The notes beneath the pieces are model-generated. The model made no database searches. It had not been told where the DNA came from and saw only the letters and a program-made list of their open reading frames with translations. A stretch of DNA of 64,000 nt, from NCBI GenBank assembly GCA_050575255.1, contig JBNZDD010013553.1, positions 505,508 to 569,507 of the forward strand. Direction: 5' to 3'. This document shows, one piece after another, positions 11,401-21,400 of the stretch. The translations under genes were made by a program, and so were the position numbers. Numbering within the stretch: position 1 is the stretch's first letter; each line of letters starts with the position of its first letter. The stretch is from Harriotta raleighana (lineage: Eukaryota).

Positions 11401-13571
11401 TGAGTGGAGATCCTGTGTTGTGGCTGAAGGGTTCCATGAAGTCTTGACCAATTATTTTTGGGGGTGGATGCAATTCATCAGTTATTGGCACTTGATGTTG
11501 TATGCTTTCAATGTATTGTTGCTTGGTACAGAGTATTCGGATGGGCGGTGCATTCAGAAAGTCTTGTCACATCAGATGATATTACCTCCGCCTAAAAGGG
11601 ATAACTAAGCCATCCTTTGCCATGATTCCAGGGGATTTGGAGCAAGTTACAAGTCTACACTGTTGTAGCAGATATTTGTTCAACACAGATTACGGAGTAA
11701 AGAAGTAATGTGTGTAGGGATAATGTGTGTGGAAGGAGAATTGTTTATGTAATTCAATTGCTAATGTAACTGATTTTTTTAGGTTTTGGATGATACAGTG
11801 GAACATTTATCACCAGGTGGGAAAGCTGATGCTTTTGCAATATGCAGTTGGTTGCAAATCATTCTTTACTCTTTAAACTGAGATTCTGCAACACCTCTTT
11901 TTGTTCTCTCTCTTCTTACACTTGCCCTGTTAACCACTATCCAACATCCATTGCAGAGAAACATATACAGTAAAACCTCTATAATCTGACATTCAGAAAG
12001 GCGACAACTCCCTAAAACTTGCAAGATTTCAAAATACATAAGGCATTAGATTTTGTTCCGATGTCCGTCAAATCTCCTGAAGTTCGGAACAGGTACCTGT
12101 AGTTCTCGGCATAGCTACTCTCCCATCCAGTGCTGTTATTCGGAACTTGGGCATTTTTTGGCTTCAGTATTTATTTATTTACTTATTTATTGTATTTATA
12201 TAGCGCCTTTCACGTCAGGAGGACGTCCCAAGGCGCTGCACAGTCAAGTGGGGGGAGGGGTCGGGGGAAGAAAAGCAGGAAAATACTGACTGTATATTTG
12301 TGGGCGAAACGCGGCAGTACTGTGTTTACCACACAGTGGCGTATGGGGTGGAGCTTCCCCAGCCATTTCTGGGTTGGTTTCCAAATATCGGCGAAATCTG
12401 AGAGGTGGATGTGCCCAACCGTGCTGGATTATCAAGGTTTTACTGTACAAAACTGGCACATTGCTTCAGTTTACTGTATCATTCTTATAGAAAAATAATG
12501 AGTAGAAACCATCAAAGCAATTTTAAGAATTAAAATGTTTAATTTTCCATTTGAAGTCACAATTTTAATGAAAGCTAAGCATTAGACATTTGAAGGGCTC
12601 TTGTTGTCTTATAAGAAACTTGCTTTTAATTCAGGTGCTTCGAGGTCAAGATGCTAAATTTTCACAATCACCTACTAATTAGCCTTTTGCAATTATCATA
12701 AATCTTGGCATAATTTTATCTGAAAAGGTGTGCTTCTCATGCAATATTACTTTTATCACTTTTATAATCTGCCATTCATTGGGAGGATTGTATAGTCAGA
12801 TTTTGATAAACATCTCAGACAAATGAATAATCCAATACCACTAAGGCTGCTAAAATAATTTCTCTACTGCCTTTTACTGCCTAGAATTAGAGAGGAATTG
12901 CTTGAAATTGCTTGTATTGTAAACTTTAAAATTTCATTTGGTGCTTGACAAATCATGGGCACTAGTTTCAAGCAAATATCAACATTTTCAAACTGATTTG
13001 GGTCAGTGTGATTAACCTTTTTTGTACTCTGTAAATTTTTTTATGCAATTTATAAATGTTCAAAGGGGCTCTGATCTTCACTCCTAATACTATTTATACA
13101 CCATGTTGGGAGTTATTTGACAATGAGGTTGGAGCCATTTATTTTACCACTTGCTCGTTTGGGAGGTTATATTGAGGGCGGAGTCAGACCTTTAATTCCA
13201 TTGTGATCTACAAAACTCTTTACAATGATTGCATTTTTTAGAACAATGTCAACGTAGTACTGCACATCAGGAGATGAAGCTTTGAAGGATTATATTGTAG
13301 TATTTCTGCATCAAAATCAAACCTGAGTTTCTAAACTCACTATGAATTAAACTCTGCCCTGTGCGAAGCTTGCATTATACAGTATGTATTTTTGAATGCT
13401 ACATTGCTTTTCAGTATTCTTTTCTGAAGAATGAAGCTCGTTTAAATATTATCCAGGTCTAATTGTGCTCTTAAGTGTTCATTTTTCCCTCCCCAGATGA
13501 TGAGCCCAGGTGGTATACTTAATCCAGAGAACAGTGAAGGTGTTCGTGAACAGCCTTCTGAGCAACCCTGA
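2372..13571 (+). CDS. SPPL2A: Signal peptide peptidase-like 2A, multi-exon gene span (exons 2-15; exon 1 upstream of window)
   Basis: 14 phase-compatible AG/GT exons encode a PA domain, TM helices, catalytic YD and LGFGD motifs and QPALLY. It lies directly upstream of TRPM7, as in human. Confidence 0.96.
2990..3335 (-). mobile_element. Degraded L2 LINE 3' fragment
   Basis: Similar to other L2 ends (ggagttccag..., cctttcacatcagaaggatgtcccaagg tail). Confidence 0.65.
3371..3550 (+). CDS. SPPL2A: SPPL2A exon 3, PA domain (RGNCTFTTKARIAQ)
   Basis: cctag|...|gtgagt, 180 nt. Confidence 0.95.
4353..4442 (+). CDS. SPPL2A: SPPL2A exon 4 (IPPSGNKSDYEEINIPVALL)
   Basis: tccag|...|gtacca, 90 nt. Confidence 0.93.
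4528..4667 (+). CDS. SPPL2A: SPPL2A exon 5, TM1 (DYSILVIFFIAVTTVAVGAYWSG)
   Basis: tttag|...|gtgaag, 140 nt, ends phase 2. Confidence 0.92.
5382..5542 (+). CDS. SPPL2A: SPPL2A exon 6 (SPLTVVVFVAICCVMIVLLYFFYKWL)
   Basis: aacag|...|gtgagt, 161 nt, phase 2 to 1. Confidence 0.9.
5918..6014 (+). CDS. SPPL2A: SPPL2A exon 7 (YVVIAIFCLASATSLYNC)
   Basis: ctcag|...|gtgagc, 97 nt. Confidence 0.94.
6356..6457 (+). CDS. SPPL2A: SPPL2A exon 8 (EVRLLFLAAICAAIAAVWVVFRNDDR)
   Basis: ggcag|...|gtaggt, 102 nt; acceptor preceded by a G run. Confidence 0.9.
6808..6889 (+). CDS. SPPL2A: SPPL2A exon 9 (WVWILHDFLGVAFCLNFLKTVKMPHFK)
   Basis: ttcag|...|gtacca, 82 nt. Confidence 0.95.
7109..7183 (+). CDS. SPPL2A: SPPL2A exon 10, first catalytic Asp (YDVFFVFITP)
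   Basis: cacag|...|gtgagt, 75 nt. Confidence 0.96.
7419..7478 (+). CDS. SPPL2A: SPPL2A exon 11 (KGDSIMVEVATGSGAGTSEK)
   Basis: cttag|...|gtgaaa, 60 nt; matches the NGESIMVELA motif. Confidence 0.93.
9076..9175 (+). CDS. SPPL2A: SPPL2A exon 12, second catalytic Asp (LLGFGDIIVP)
   Basis: tgtag|...|gtgaac, 100 nt, GxGD motif. Confidence 0.96.
9497..9574 (+). CDS. SPPL2A: SPPL2A exon 13 (GLLVAYCRRFDVQ)
   Basis: tgcag|...|gtaagt, 78 nt. Confidence 0.96.
10318..10478 (+). CDS. SPPL2A: SPPL2A exon 14 (QPALLYLVP...WSGHGYE)
   Basis: tgcag|...|gttagc, 161 nt, PAL motif, ends phase 0. Confidence 0.96.
10554..10872 (+). mobile_element. tRNA-derived SINE (same family as 478-792)
   Basis: gtggagctctgtagctcagtggttagagcg head, B box, Deu-like core, ...tatcaaatgcaaaaattatt tail. 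Confidence 0.85.
11783..11816 (+). CDS. SPPL2A: Candidate SPPL2A alternative 34-nt cassette exon (VLDDTVEHLSP)
   Basis: Branch-like ctaat/ctgat, ttttttag acceptor and CAG|gtggga donor; not transcript-verified. Confidence 0.5.
11968..12445. mobile_element. Tc1/mariner (pogo/Tigger-like) MITE carrying a nested SINE fragment (~12168-12330)
   Basis: TA|cagtaaaacct ... aggttttactg|TA terminal inverted repeats with TA target duplication. Confidence 0.8.
13497..13571 (+). CDS. SPPL2A: SPPL2A terminal coding exon 15 (MMSPGGILNPENSEGVREQPSEQP*)
   Basis: Strong acceptor tttttccctccccag. Joined to exon 14 it gives YEMM, equivalent to the human YQMM sorting motif. TGA at 13569-13571. Confidence 0.85.
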   Translation: MMSPGGILNPENSEGVREQPSEQP

Positions 13572-14031
13572 AAACTTGTTTTCTTGCCTTCGAGCTTTCT
13601 ATATGTATTGATTTATTTTTTGAAAAGATTGGGTTGGAAGGAAAACCTGAAGACTACATTGCTCATACAACTGATGACTGTAAAATCACCTGCAACTGTT
13701 CTGAGAAGCAGAAATAACTTAAAGAATAATTGCCAAAGATTTCCTGGATCTGTGGATCCATTATGCAATTTTTAATACTGCTTTAATTCACTATCTTTTG
13801 TAATCCATAAGTAGTTTAATTGGTAAAAGTACACAACACCTGGCCATGTTTATAAACATAGTCACTTTATTTGTTAGAAATCTCCTTTATAGTAATCATC
13901 TCGGACCATGATCACTGGTCAGTTAAAGTTCGCATTGTCTTCTGCAAATTTACCTTTTGATACTGATTTGGGAAGTTTAATACATTCAATTGCTAAAGTT
14001 AACTCCCCTAATATGGTGTGTATTGTTCCAA

Positions 14032-14322
14032 AATAAATTTTCATTTACTGGACAGGTTTGACATTAACTTTATATTTTAGTGCCTCTGTGTGTATGATTA
14101 AAGATTTAATATGATTTGTGGTAGTCTTGCATTTAATTGAAAGTTATAGGATGGGATTTGATCTGAACCAAATTTGGTTAATGCTGTGGTGAAGTGCCAG
14201 ATATATGATCAAATGAAGAACTTAGATTTTTTTTTCCCAAAACAATTTGTAACTTGTATATTTTGGCAGATTTTTTTTCTATTAAAAAGTTTGCAAACAT
14301 CCCCAGTTTTGTCATTGTTTTT
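14032..14322 (+). terminator. Candidate SPPL2A polyadenylation signals
   Basis: AATAAA 14032-14037, ATTAAA 14097-14102, and ATTAAA 14281-14286 followed by a GT/T-rich tract. Confidence 0.55.
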
Positions 14323-15350
14323 AAGCAGCATAGAGTGATTCACTAATAATAATCCGTGCATTTGATATAGCTTTGCAAACATATCAAGACAATGGATATC
14401 CTTGCACGATACATATTTGGCCACTAGTGGCAGCTGCTGCTGATGAACAGCGAGAGAGAAAAAAAATTAAGAGTACAATACTGTTCACAGATTTATGTAT
14501 GTACTCACATGTTGCTGTTGTTTCCATATCTCCTATTCCCCCTCTCACCCCTGCCCCCCCCACCCACCCCATGACAGCCCCCGATGACGCTCTACCCCAG
14601 GACCCGCCCACTCGCTGACCGCACACACGTGACCCCCCCATCATCACCGCACGGCCTAGTGTGCCCCGCCCCCTGCGCTCGCGCGCACACCCGCGCTCCT
14701 CCCCCCTCTCCCACTCCGCGCGAAAAGCTCAACCGTCGCCTTTTATTCCCCTCGCACTCGGAGCGCACTCTCCCTCCCAAACCGCCTCCCTCACCAGCTT
14801 CTCCTGTAAGAGAAGGCAGGGTCACCCCCTAAACCCTACACCCACTCACCTCGTCACGCGCCTTAATAACGTGATAATTCTTAATAAGAATTATAAGATG
14901 ATGTCGCTGCTACTGGCCGCCGCGTCGTGCCGCCTTCCACCTTTCTCTTCCCCGTCGTCTACCCTTTGCGTACGTGGGTTTCCTCTCTCTCTCTCTCTCT
15001 GCCATCGTCTCGCAAAGACGACGAGACGGTTAAAGACGGCCGGGTTCGGTAGCGCGCGCAGGCGGCCGTTGCCGCTCACGCGCCCGCACCGCACCGCACG
15101 CCCCGCGCCCGCACCGCCGCACGGCCCCGCCCCCGCCCCCGCCCGCCCCGCCCGCCCAGCCACAGACTGGCGCGCACGGGCCCGTCACGTGACTGCCGCT
15201 GGCCGCTGACCCGTCTCGAGCGTCAGTTGGGAGTCGCACAATTATGAAAAAGGCAGCTTCCGCTGGAGCGGCGGCACTCTGCAGCATCCAACTCGCGCCG
15301 CCAGCCGCCCGCCGCGCACTGCCGCCAACAACCCCACCAACACCACGTCG

Positions 15351-15395
15351 ATGGCTAGAAGCCACGCGGATCTTCGCCCTCAACCTCGCCCGTGA
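15351..15395 (+). other. TRPM7 uORF2 (MARSHADLRPQPRP*)
   Basis: ATG at 15351, TGA at 15393-15395, ending 5 nt before the main ATG at 15401. Confidence 0.85.
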
Positions 15396-15400
15396 AGAGA

Positions 15401-15403
15401 ATG
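15401..15403 (+). CDS. TRPM7: TRPM7 exon 1 coding part (start codon only)
   Basis: gagaATG|gtaaga within the CpG island; phase 0 to exon 2. Confidence 0.9.
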
Positions 15404-18400
15404 GTAAGAGAGAGGGGGCGGCGGGGGGGGAGGAGGAGGGGGTGGGGAGAGCGGATGGGGTGTGAGGTGTGGGGAGGGTGCGGGAAGGTTTCGTCAACAT
15501 CACATTTATAGAGAGAGCGCCTTTCACGTCGGGAAAGACGTCCCATTCCCAAGGCGCTGGCTGGCGTGGCTGGCTGAGGAGGAGAAGAAAACAACACTGA
15601 ATGTTCAGTCTCTTGGCCTTTTATCTTATTTGAGGAGGAGGAGAGGGTGAGGGAGTGGGGGGAGGAGGGGGCGAAGAGGTTGTCTGTAGTCCGCGGAAAC
15701 GTGGTGGTGGTGGTGCTGCTGCTGCTGACGCTGTTTTGAGGCGAGTCGAGCCCCCTCCCCTCATTCCGGGCTGGCAGCGTGTTGGAAACACGTTGCTTTG
15801 ATGTGAGAGGGAAGAGGGAGTTGGGGGAGTGCTAAAGGGCGAGAAAGGACGGGGTTTAGTCGTGACATACAGGTCAGGGGCTGGGAGGGAGGCTGCACAG
15901 GTTCGCTCGGGCCGTCTCTCGCACCGCGTGGGGGTGGCGGGGTATATATATATATATATATATATAGGTGGGAGTGAGGGAGGGAGGACTGCACCGACTT
16001 GCTGTAAAAGAGTGTGGAAAATAATGCTCGACGCAGCCTAGACTAGCCTGACTGGAACTGCTTACCAGAATGTTTCCGCTCATCGCGGTGTTTGATGTCA
16101 TTGGGAATGATCACTGCACTCGGCGGGCAGGCAGGCAGGCGGAGTGTGCAATGTCACCTGCCGATCACCACAGATCTGAATGTCACTGATCAGCGGCCCT
16201 GATCGCTGCCTCATCTCGGCAAGTTTGATATCATTAACTAGTGCTGATGTTTGCTCACGTGAAATAGTCGGAGCTTTATTGCAGTGCTCTTAACACAACC
16301 GGGAATAGGCATCGCAAACTAAACTGTCTTTGATGCCGCGATTTACTCGCGCTCGGAGCTCATTATGACAGTTGTTTAATTTTGTGATTTCGACTAAATC
16401 TTAGGTATGCGCTTGCTGGAGAGTCATCGCAGTATTTAATACTACAAAGTAACGTTATTCAAAAGTGTTAGCATTACTTTGAATACAATTACTTTGAATA
16501 CGAACAAACAACGTCAGATGCAACTTACAATGTTTAATTATATTTAGTGACCAGTCGATAATCTTTGGGAAGAGTAAGGAGATGAACTTTATCTGGTGGC
16601 CTTCAGTATCACCGAGGAATGCCTCTAGAGGGATCTGACTAATGTCCCTTTGGGTAATAATGCTCACTGCAAAGTTTAGTCACTGTAACATCCATAAAGT
16701 GATTTTGAATTTAATATTATACAGTGTACATGTAATATTTATCTGAAAAGAGACAATTATTAGTCTAACTGACATCACTGAGAGAAATACTGATTAAACT
16801 GTTCACTCTCCTTTTAAAGTGGTTTGACATGGAAAGGAATGATGCATTAGAAGTCTTGTGCTGAGTAGTTGGTGGTAACCTTCTACAAGTGATGATATTG
16901 ACAAACATGCTGCATCATTAAGGTTAAAGGATTCATTGGAAGTATTTTATGTAGCACCCTTTAATATCATTTGGTAATGATTAGAGTAGCATAATCTAAC
17001 TTTTATAGTGATGGTAAATTGTGGGAATATCTCAAATTAAATGGCAACACTGTTTTATAGAGGGTTGGAAGCCTAACGTGCATGAGGGAAACTGAAAAGA
17101 CAGAAAATTATGTAGTTCTGAAAGAATAAAAAGTTAAATAAATAGTTGAAAAGAAACTATAAAAGAATCTCTAATTACAACTCATGGGTTAGCCAGGTTC
17201 AGTCGTAGCACTCTTATCTCTTGAATTAAAAGTTTGTGAGTTCAAGCCCTACGTCATGACTTTAATCATATAGTCTCAGTTGGCAATTCACTGCAGCACT
17301 GGGGAAATTTGCATTGTTTGAGGGGCTGTCAGTTGAGACGTTAAATTGAATTCCCGGCTTCAGGGGGATGATCAAGATGAAATGGAACTGTTCAAAACAA
17401 GAGGGAAGGTTCTTCTAGTTTTCTGACCAAGGATTCCCCCAAATAAAATTGGTCACTCACTCCATGACTGTTTGTGGAATACTGTGCGCAAACTGGCTGC
17501 ACCGTTTCACCCCAAAAAAAAGTCAATCCATTTTACAGTATATACTGTGAAGAGCTTTGCATGTCTCAATGTTGTGATAAGGCATTATATGAAATACAAG
17601 GATACTGACGACTTGTCATTATGTTATTACAATTCAAATCACTCTGTATAGGTACTGTAGTTTCTAAGCGGCTTTGAATGATGGGTCAGCCAGATCAATA
17701 ACACTGCCATGTTACATATGAATGGATGTTACTTTTCTTAGTAGACCGGGTGACCGGGTCGCAGACCGGATTCACCTCCAGCTACAAGGAATTATTGTAC
17801 AAATTAATACAAATTCGGAAACTTTGGGGTTCAGAAAAATATGGTTTCTCCTTTTATTGCTTTGTCAGGGGATAGTTACTTTTTAATTGCAATTAGTTTG
17901 ATTAACTCACCCAACAAATTGTTGATGACAGAATTTACAAACTAAAAATGCTTTTGTCTTAAAGTTGTGGTTGTTTTGTTCTGAGTTCAACTTTATGTAC
18001 AGTCTATTTTAAAAGGAGAAGCTACTGTATTACTTTAAAGAGAGACTATACCAAAAGGTTCATAGATTCTTCCAGCCAGTATTAAAATAGTTTGGTTAGG
18101 TAAGCGTGTAAACTTGCTGATGATAGTTTTTTTTATCCTTCTTTAAAATTATTCCTACTTTTTTTCTTTTTTAAAATTATTGTTTATAGACTATCTGTGG
18201 AGTGGAGTTGACAGTTTTGTTATTTTGATGTGTAATTGTAGAGCAGTTTGGCGTGATTATAATCCATTAAATATGATTATGATTGTTTCATCCTCATGAG
18301 TCATGTCTTTGGGTGCAGTGTTACGTACTTGCTTTTATTTAAAGAGGAACAGTAGAAGAACTTATATAGCAGTCTTAGTTGCTCTAGTGCTTTTGGCATG

Positions 18401-21400
18401 ACTGTTCAAAGTGCTGTTAAGAGATCCATCGCTTTTGTTTTAAACTTTGGACTAGCTCATATTGCTTGCTCTTAGTGGGTAGATATCCTCAACAAATGAC
18501 TCTAGACCTGTTTAAATTACATGAGGTTCTTTTACAAAAAACAATTGTGCATGAATCGGCTTCTGTGCAGAGTAGGATTTTACCCTGAGGAATAATCGAT
18601 TTGAAAACCCTGAACTGGAATGATTTTAGCTTGAAGTTTGGTTACATTAATGAGATTGCCATGATTGTAAGTAGATGCTACTTTTTTTTCAACATAACTT
18701 GTTCAGTTTAATTAAAACTATTTTCGAATGTTCAAAACTTGTATCATAATTTTTCCGTAACTGTATATTCACAAAGTCTACCTGATTTAACTAGTCAGAA
18801 AGTAGCTGTATCTGTTTCTTCTGGCATTCACTTCAGTGTTTTTAAATTAGAATTTCAGTCAGAAGTTATATGCTAGATAGAATAATAATATTGGATTTTT
18901 AAACTGTAAAAAATTATTACAGTAAAAATATATTTAGTATAGATTAACATTTAACAACAAATTTTATGTACTTGTAAGTATAATTGTTATTTGTATGTTT
19001 CAATAGTAATTTTAAAACTACAACTATAAGTATACTTTTATTTTCCAGTTTACATGATGTATTCTTTATTTTCTTTCCCTCTTTGCAGTTCAAGTTTTCT
19101 TTTCTGACTGAGCAGGAGGAGGTATGGTCTGTTCAATCCTAATGGGAGTAATTACCATAGAATATTCTGATGTATCGAAATTGGTGCTTGGTCCCTGTTT
19201 TCTTTCTTCCTGGAGTAGTGAATTTTGTTATAAGCAGTTGAGAATGGGCAGCTCTACCATACAACTTTTGTGGCTGCTCAATCTAATTCTGTATAAGAGG
19301 ATTCCACTATATTAAAATAACTTTGTCGTGAAGTATTTTGGCATCAGTTGTTTAACTATGCGTAATCCACAATCAAATGACTGATTGTTTATGCCCTATT
19401 TTGCTTGACGGCCATGGGTCTATTTAGACGATTAGGTGAACAGTGTGTTTATGTATGTGTGTCTCTCTCTCCCTCTCCTATGTCTCTCTCTCTCCTCTCT
19501 CGTGTGCTTTCATTTCAAGTCCTAGTTTGTTTAGAACCTTCTTGATGTTAAGGGTATAGTGTGTAGAAACAGCTCAAGGTCACTTTGCTGTTGTGTCATT
19601 ATGCAACAAGAGATGGGCATGTTTAGAACAAAGGTTTAAGAGCAGAATACGTCAGTAAAGCAAAGTTTTAAAAGGATGTGGAGTACTTAATACAATAACT
19701 TGCACTTGTATAGCACCCACCCCATGCAGGGCAGCATCTCAAAGCGCTTTAACAGTGTCGGAGTCGGAGGTGGGGAAGGGATGAAGGAGGGGTAAGCTTG
19801 GTTGAAGAGGAAGGCTTTCAGGCAGGACTTGAAAAAGGTGGAGAGAGAGTGTTCCAGAGTTTTAGAGCATTTAGGCTGAAAATATGACCTCCAATTGTGG
19901 GGGCAGAGAGTAAGTGGGATAAGCAGGAGGCTGGTGCCAGTTGAACAGAGGCACTGGGTGGTGGATTGGGGAGTGAGGAAGTAGGGGAGTGCCACAGTGA
20001 AGGGATTTGAAGTTGATCCACTTGGTGTTGGGGAGCCAGTGGAGCCTGACCAGAACTGGTGAGATGTGGGTACGGAGTTTGGTCCGGGTAAGTATGCAGG
20101 CGGTAGAGTTCTGAATGAGCTGGATCTTTTAAATAGTGGAGCTGGAGAGACTGGTGAGGATTGCGTTTGAATAATTCAGGTAACACATAGTTTGCAATGT
20201 AAGCACTATACTTGGATGACACTTTTCTAAATTGTGAAATGATATTGAGAAGATTACTAACTAAGCATTTCATAGGTTTTGAAGTGATGGCCATTTCCTT
20301 GAGATCTGTGTGTGTGGTAGAAATGTGAATCAAAAGAACAGCCTGGTGTGTGTTCTGGAAGCTCCTGGCAACAATTTTTTGTTGTATCTGATTAGAATTG
20401 ATGCACAGCAGTGGAGCTATTTTATCTGTGCTTATCCCAAATATGCTTTTGTATTGTTGTGCAAGATTGATGTTGATCTTTTCTGGGAGAATCACTTCTG
20501 AGACTGAATCACTCAGTATAGGCAAGCAATTTTTTGCTGCAGCAGCTTTACATTCAAAGCTAAACTTAGAGTCCAGATGCTGTCTTTTATTGCACCTCTG
20601 AGGAGAGCATAGCATCAAAGATGGAACAATTGAAGCATTCGGTGAATTGTAATTTTTTAAAAAGGAATCTGGTTCTGTAACTTGGTTTGAACCAAGTTGC
20701 AAAAATTGCAAATCTTCTTTCAAAAGATTGTAGATTTGTGAATTTTATGTGTAGAGAAATTCCTGATTAATTTTTAAAAATCTATAGTATTAAAATCATT
20801 ATATTATGGCACAGTCAGCCAGTTTGAGCATGTTTCATAACAAATTACTGTCTTAAACAATGTCCAATATTGATGTCTTGAACATTGTAGGAAAATTTGT
20901 GTAGATTGATTGACTGGATGTTACACAACACAGGTGTAATAAAAGTCTGATGATTTAATCAGTTGCTTTGATGTTAAATTTTTTTGGGGGGGAAATCAGC
21001 TGGATGTCTTGACACATGTAGAAACCTATCACTGTTCTTAAGATTTTCGCAACTAAACTGTGTTTCAAGCATCCCACCTTATTCATTGAAATTCCAGAGA
21101 TATTTGTTGGAATGGATGAATCATTTTAAGATATGTGTACTAAGTTCAAACTGTGCATGTGTTGGGAGTCAGAGAAAGAGAAGTCTTTCTTTAGGCTTAT
21201 AGCAGGAGGGGATTGGTCCACTTCAATGATGGGAAATGTTAGGAATCTTGTAGCTTTTAATTGTATTATTCTCCATGTTTTATAGCTTTCAGCTTTATTC
21301 TCCCTAATTGGCAACCTGACAAAGTGTTAAGACCTGGAAAAGCTATAGGTGAAACTCCTATTAATCTTCACCCTTGTTCATCCATTTTGGTTGTAGATCT

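Larger units (their letters stand above)
14540..16360. promoter_or_regulatory. CpG island / TRPM7 promoter and exon 1 region
   Basis: Abrupt GC/CpG-rich block in an AT-rich background. Clustered GC boxes at ~15100-15160, E2F-like GCGCGAAAA at 14718-14726, CACGTG at 14626-14631 and palindrome GTCACGTGAC at 15184-15193. Confidence 0.9.

Noticed and set aside
14418-14434. CTCF-like site tggccactagtggcagc between the two genes
   Set aside because: It is one nucleotide short of the CTCF core spacing; only a short palindrome is supportable.
14584-16101. Many overlapping Pro/Arg/Ala-rich ORFs on both strands
   Set aside because: Expected stop depletion in a CpG island; only the two uORFs with specific architecture were kept.
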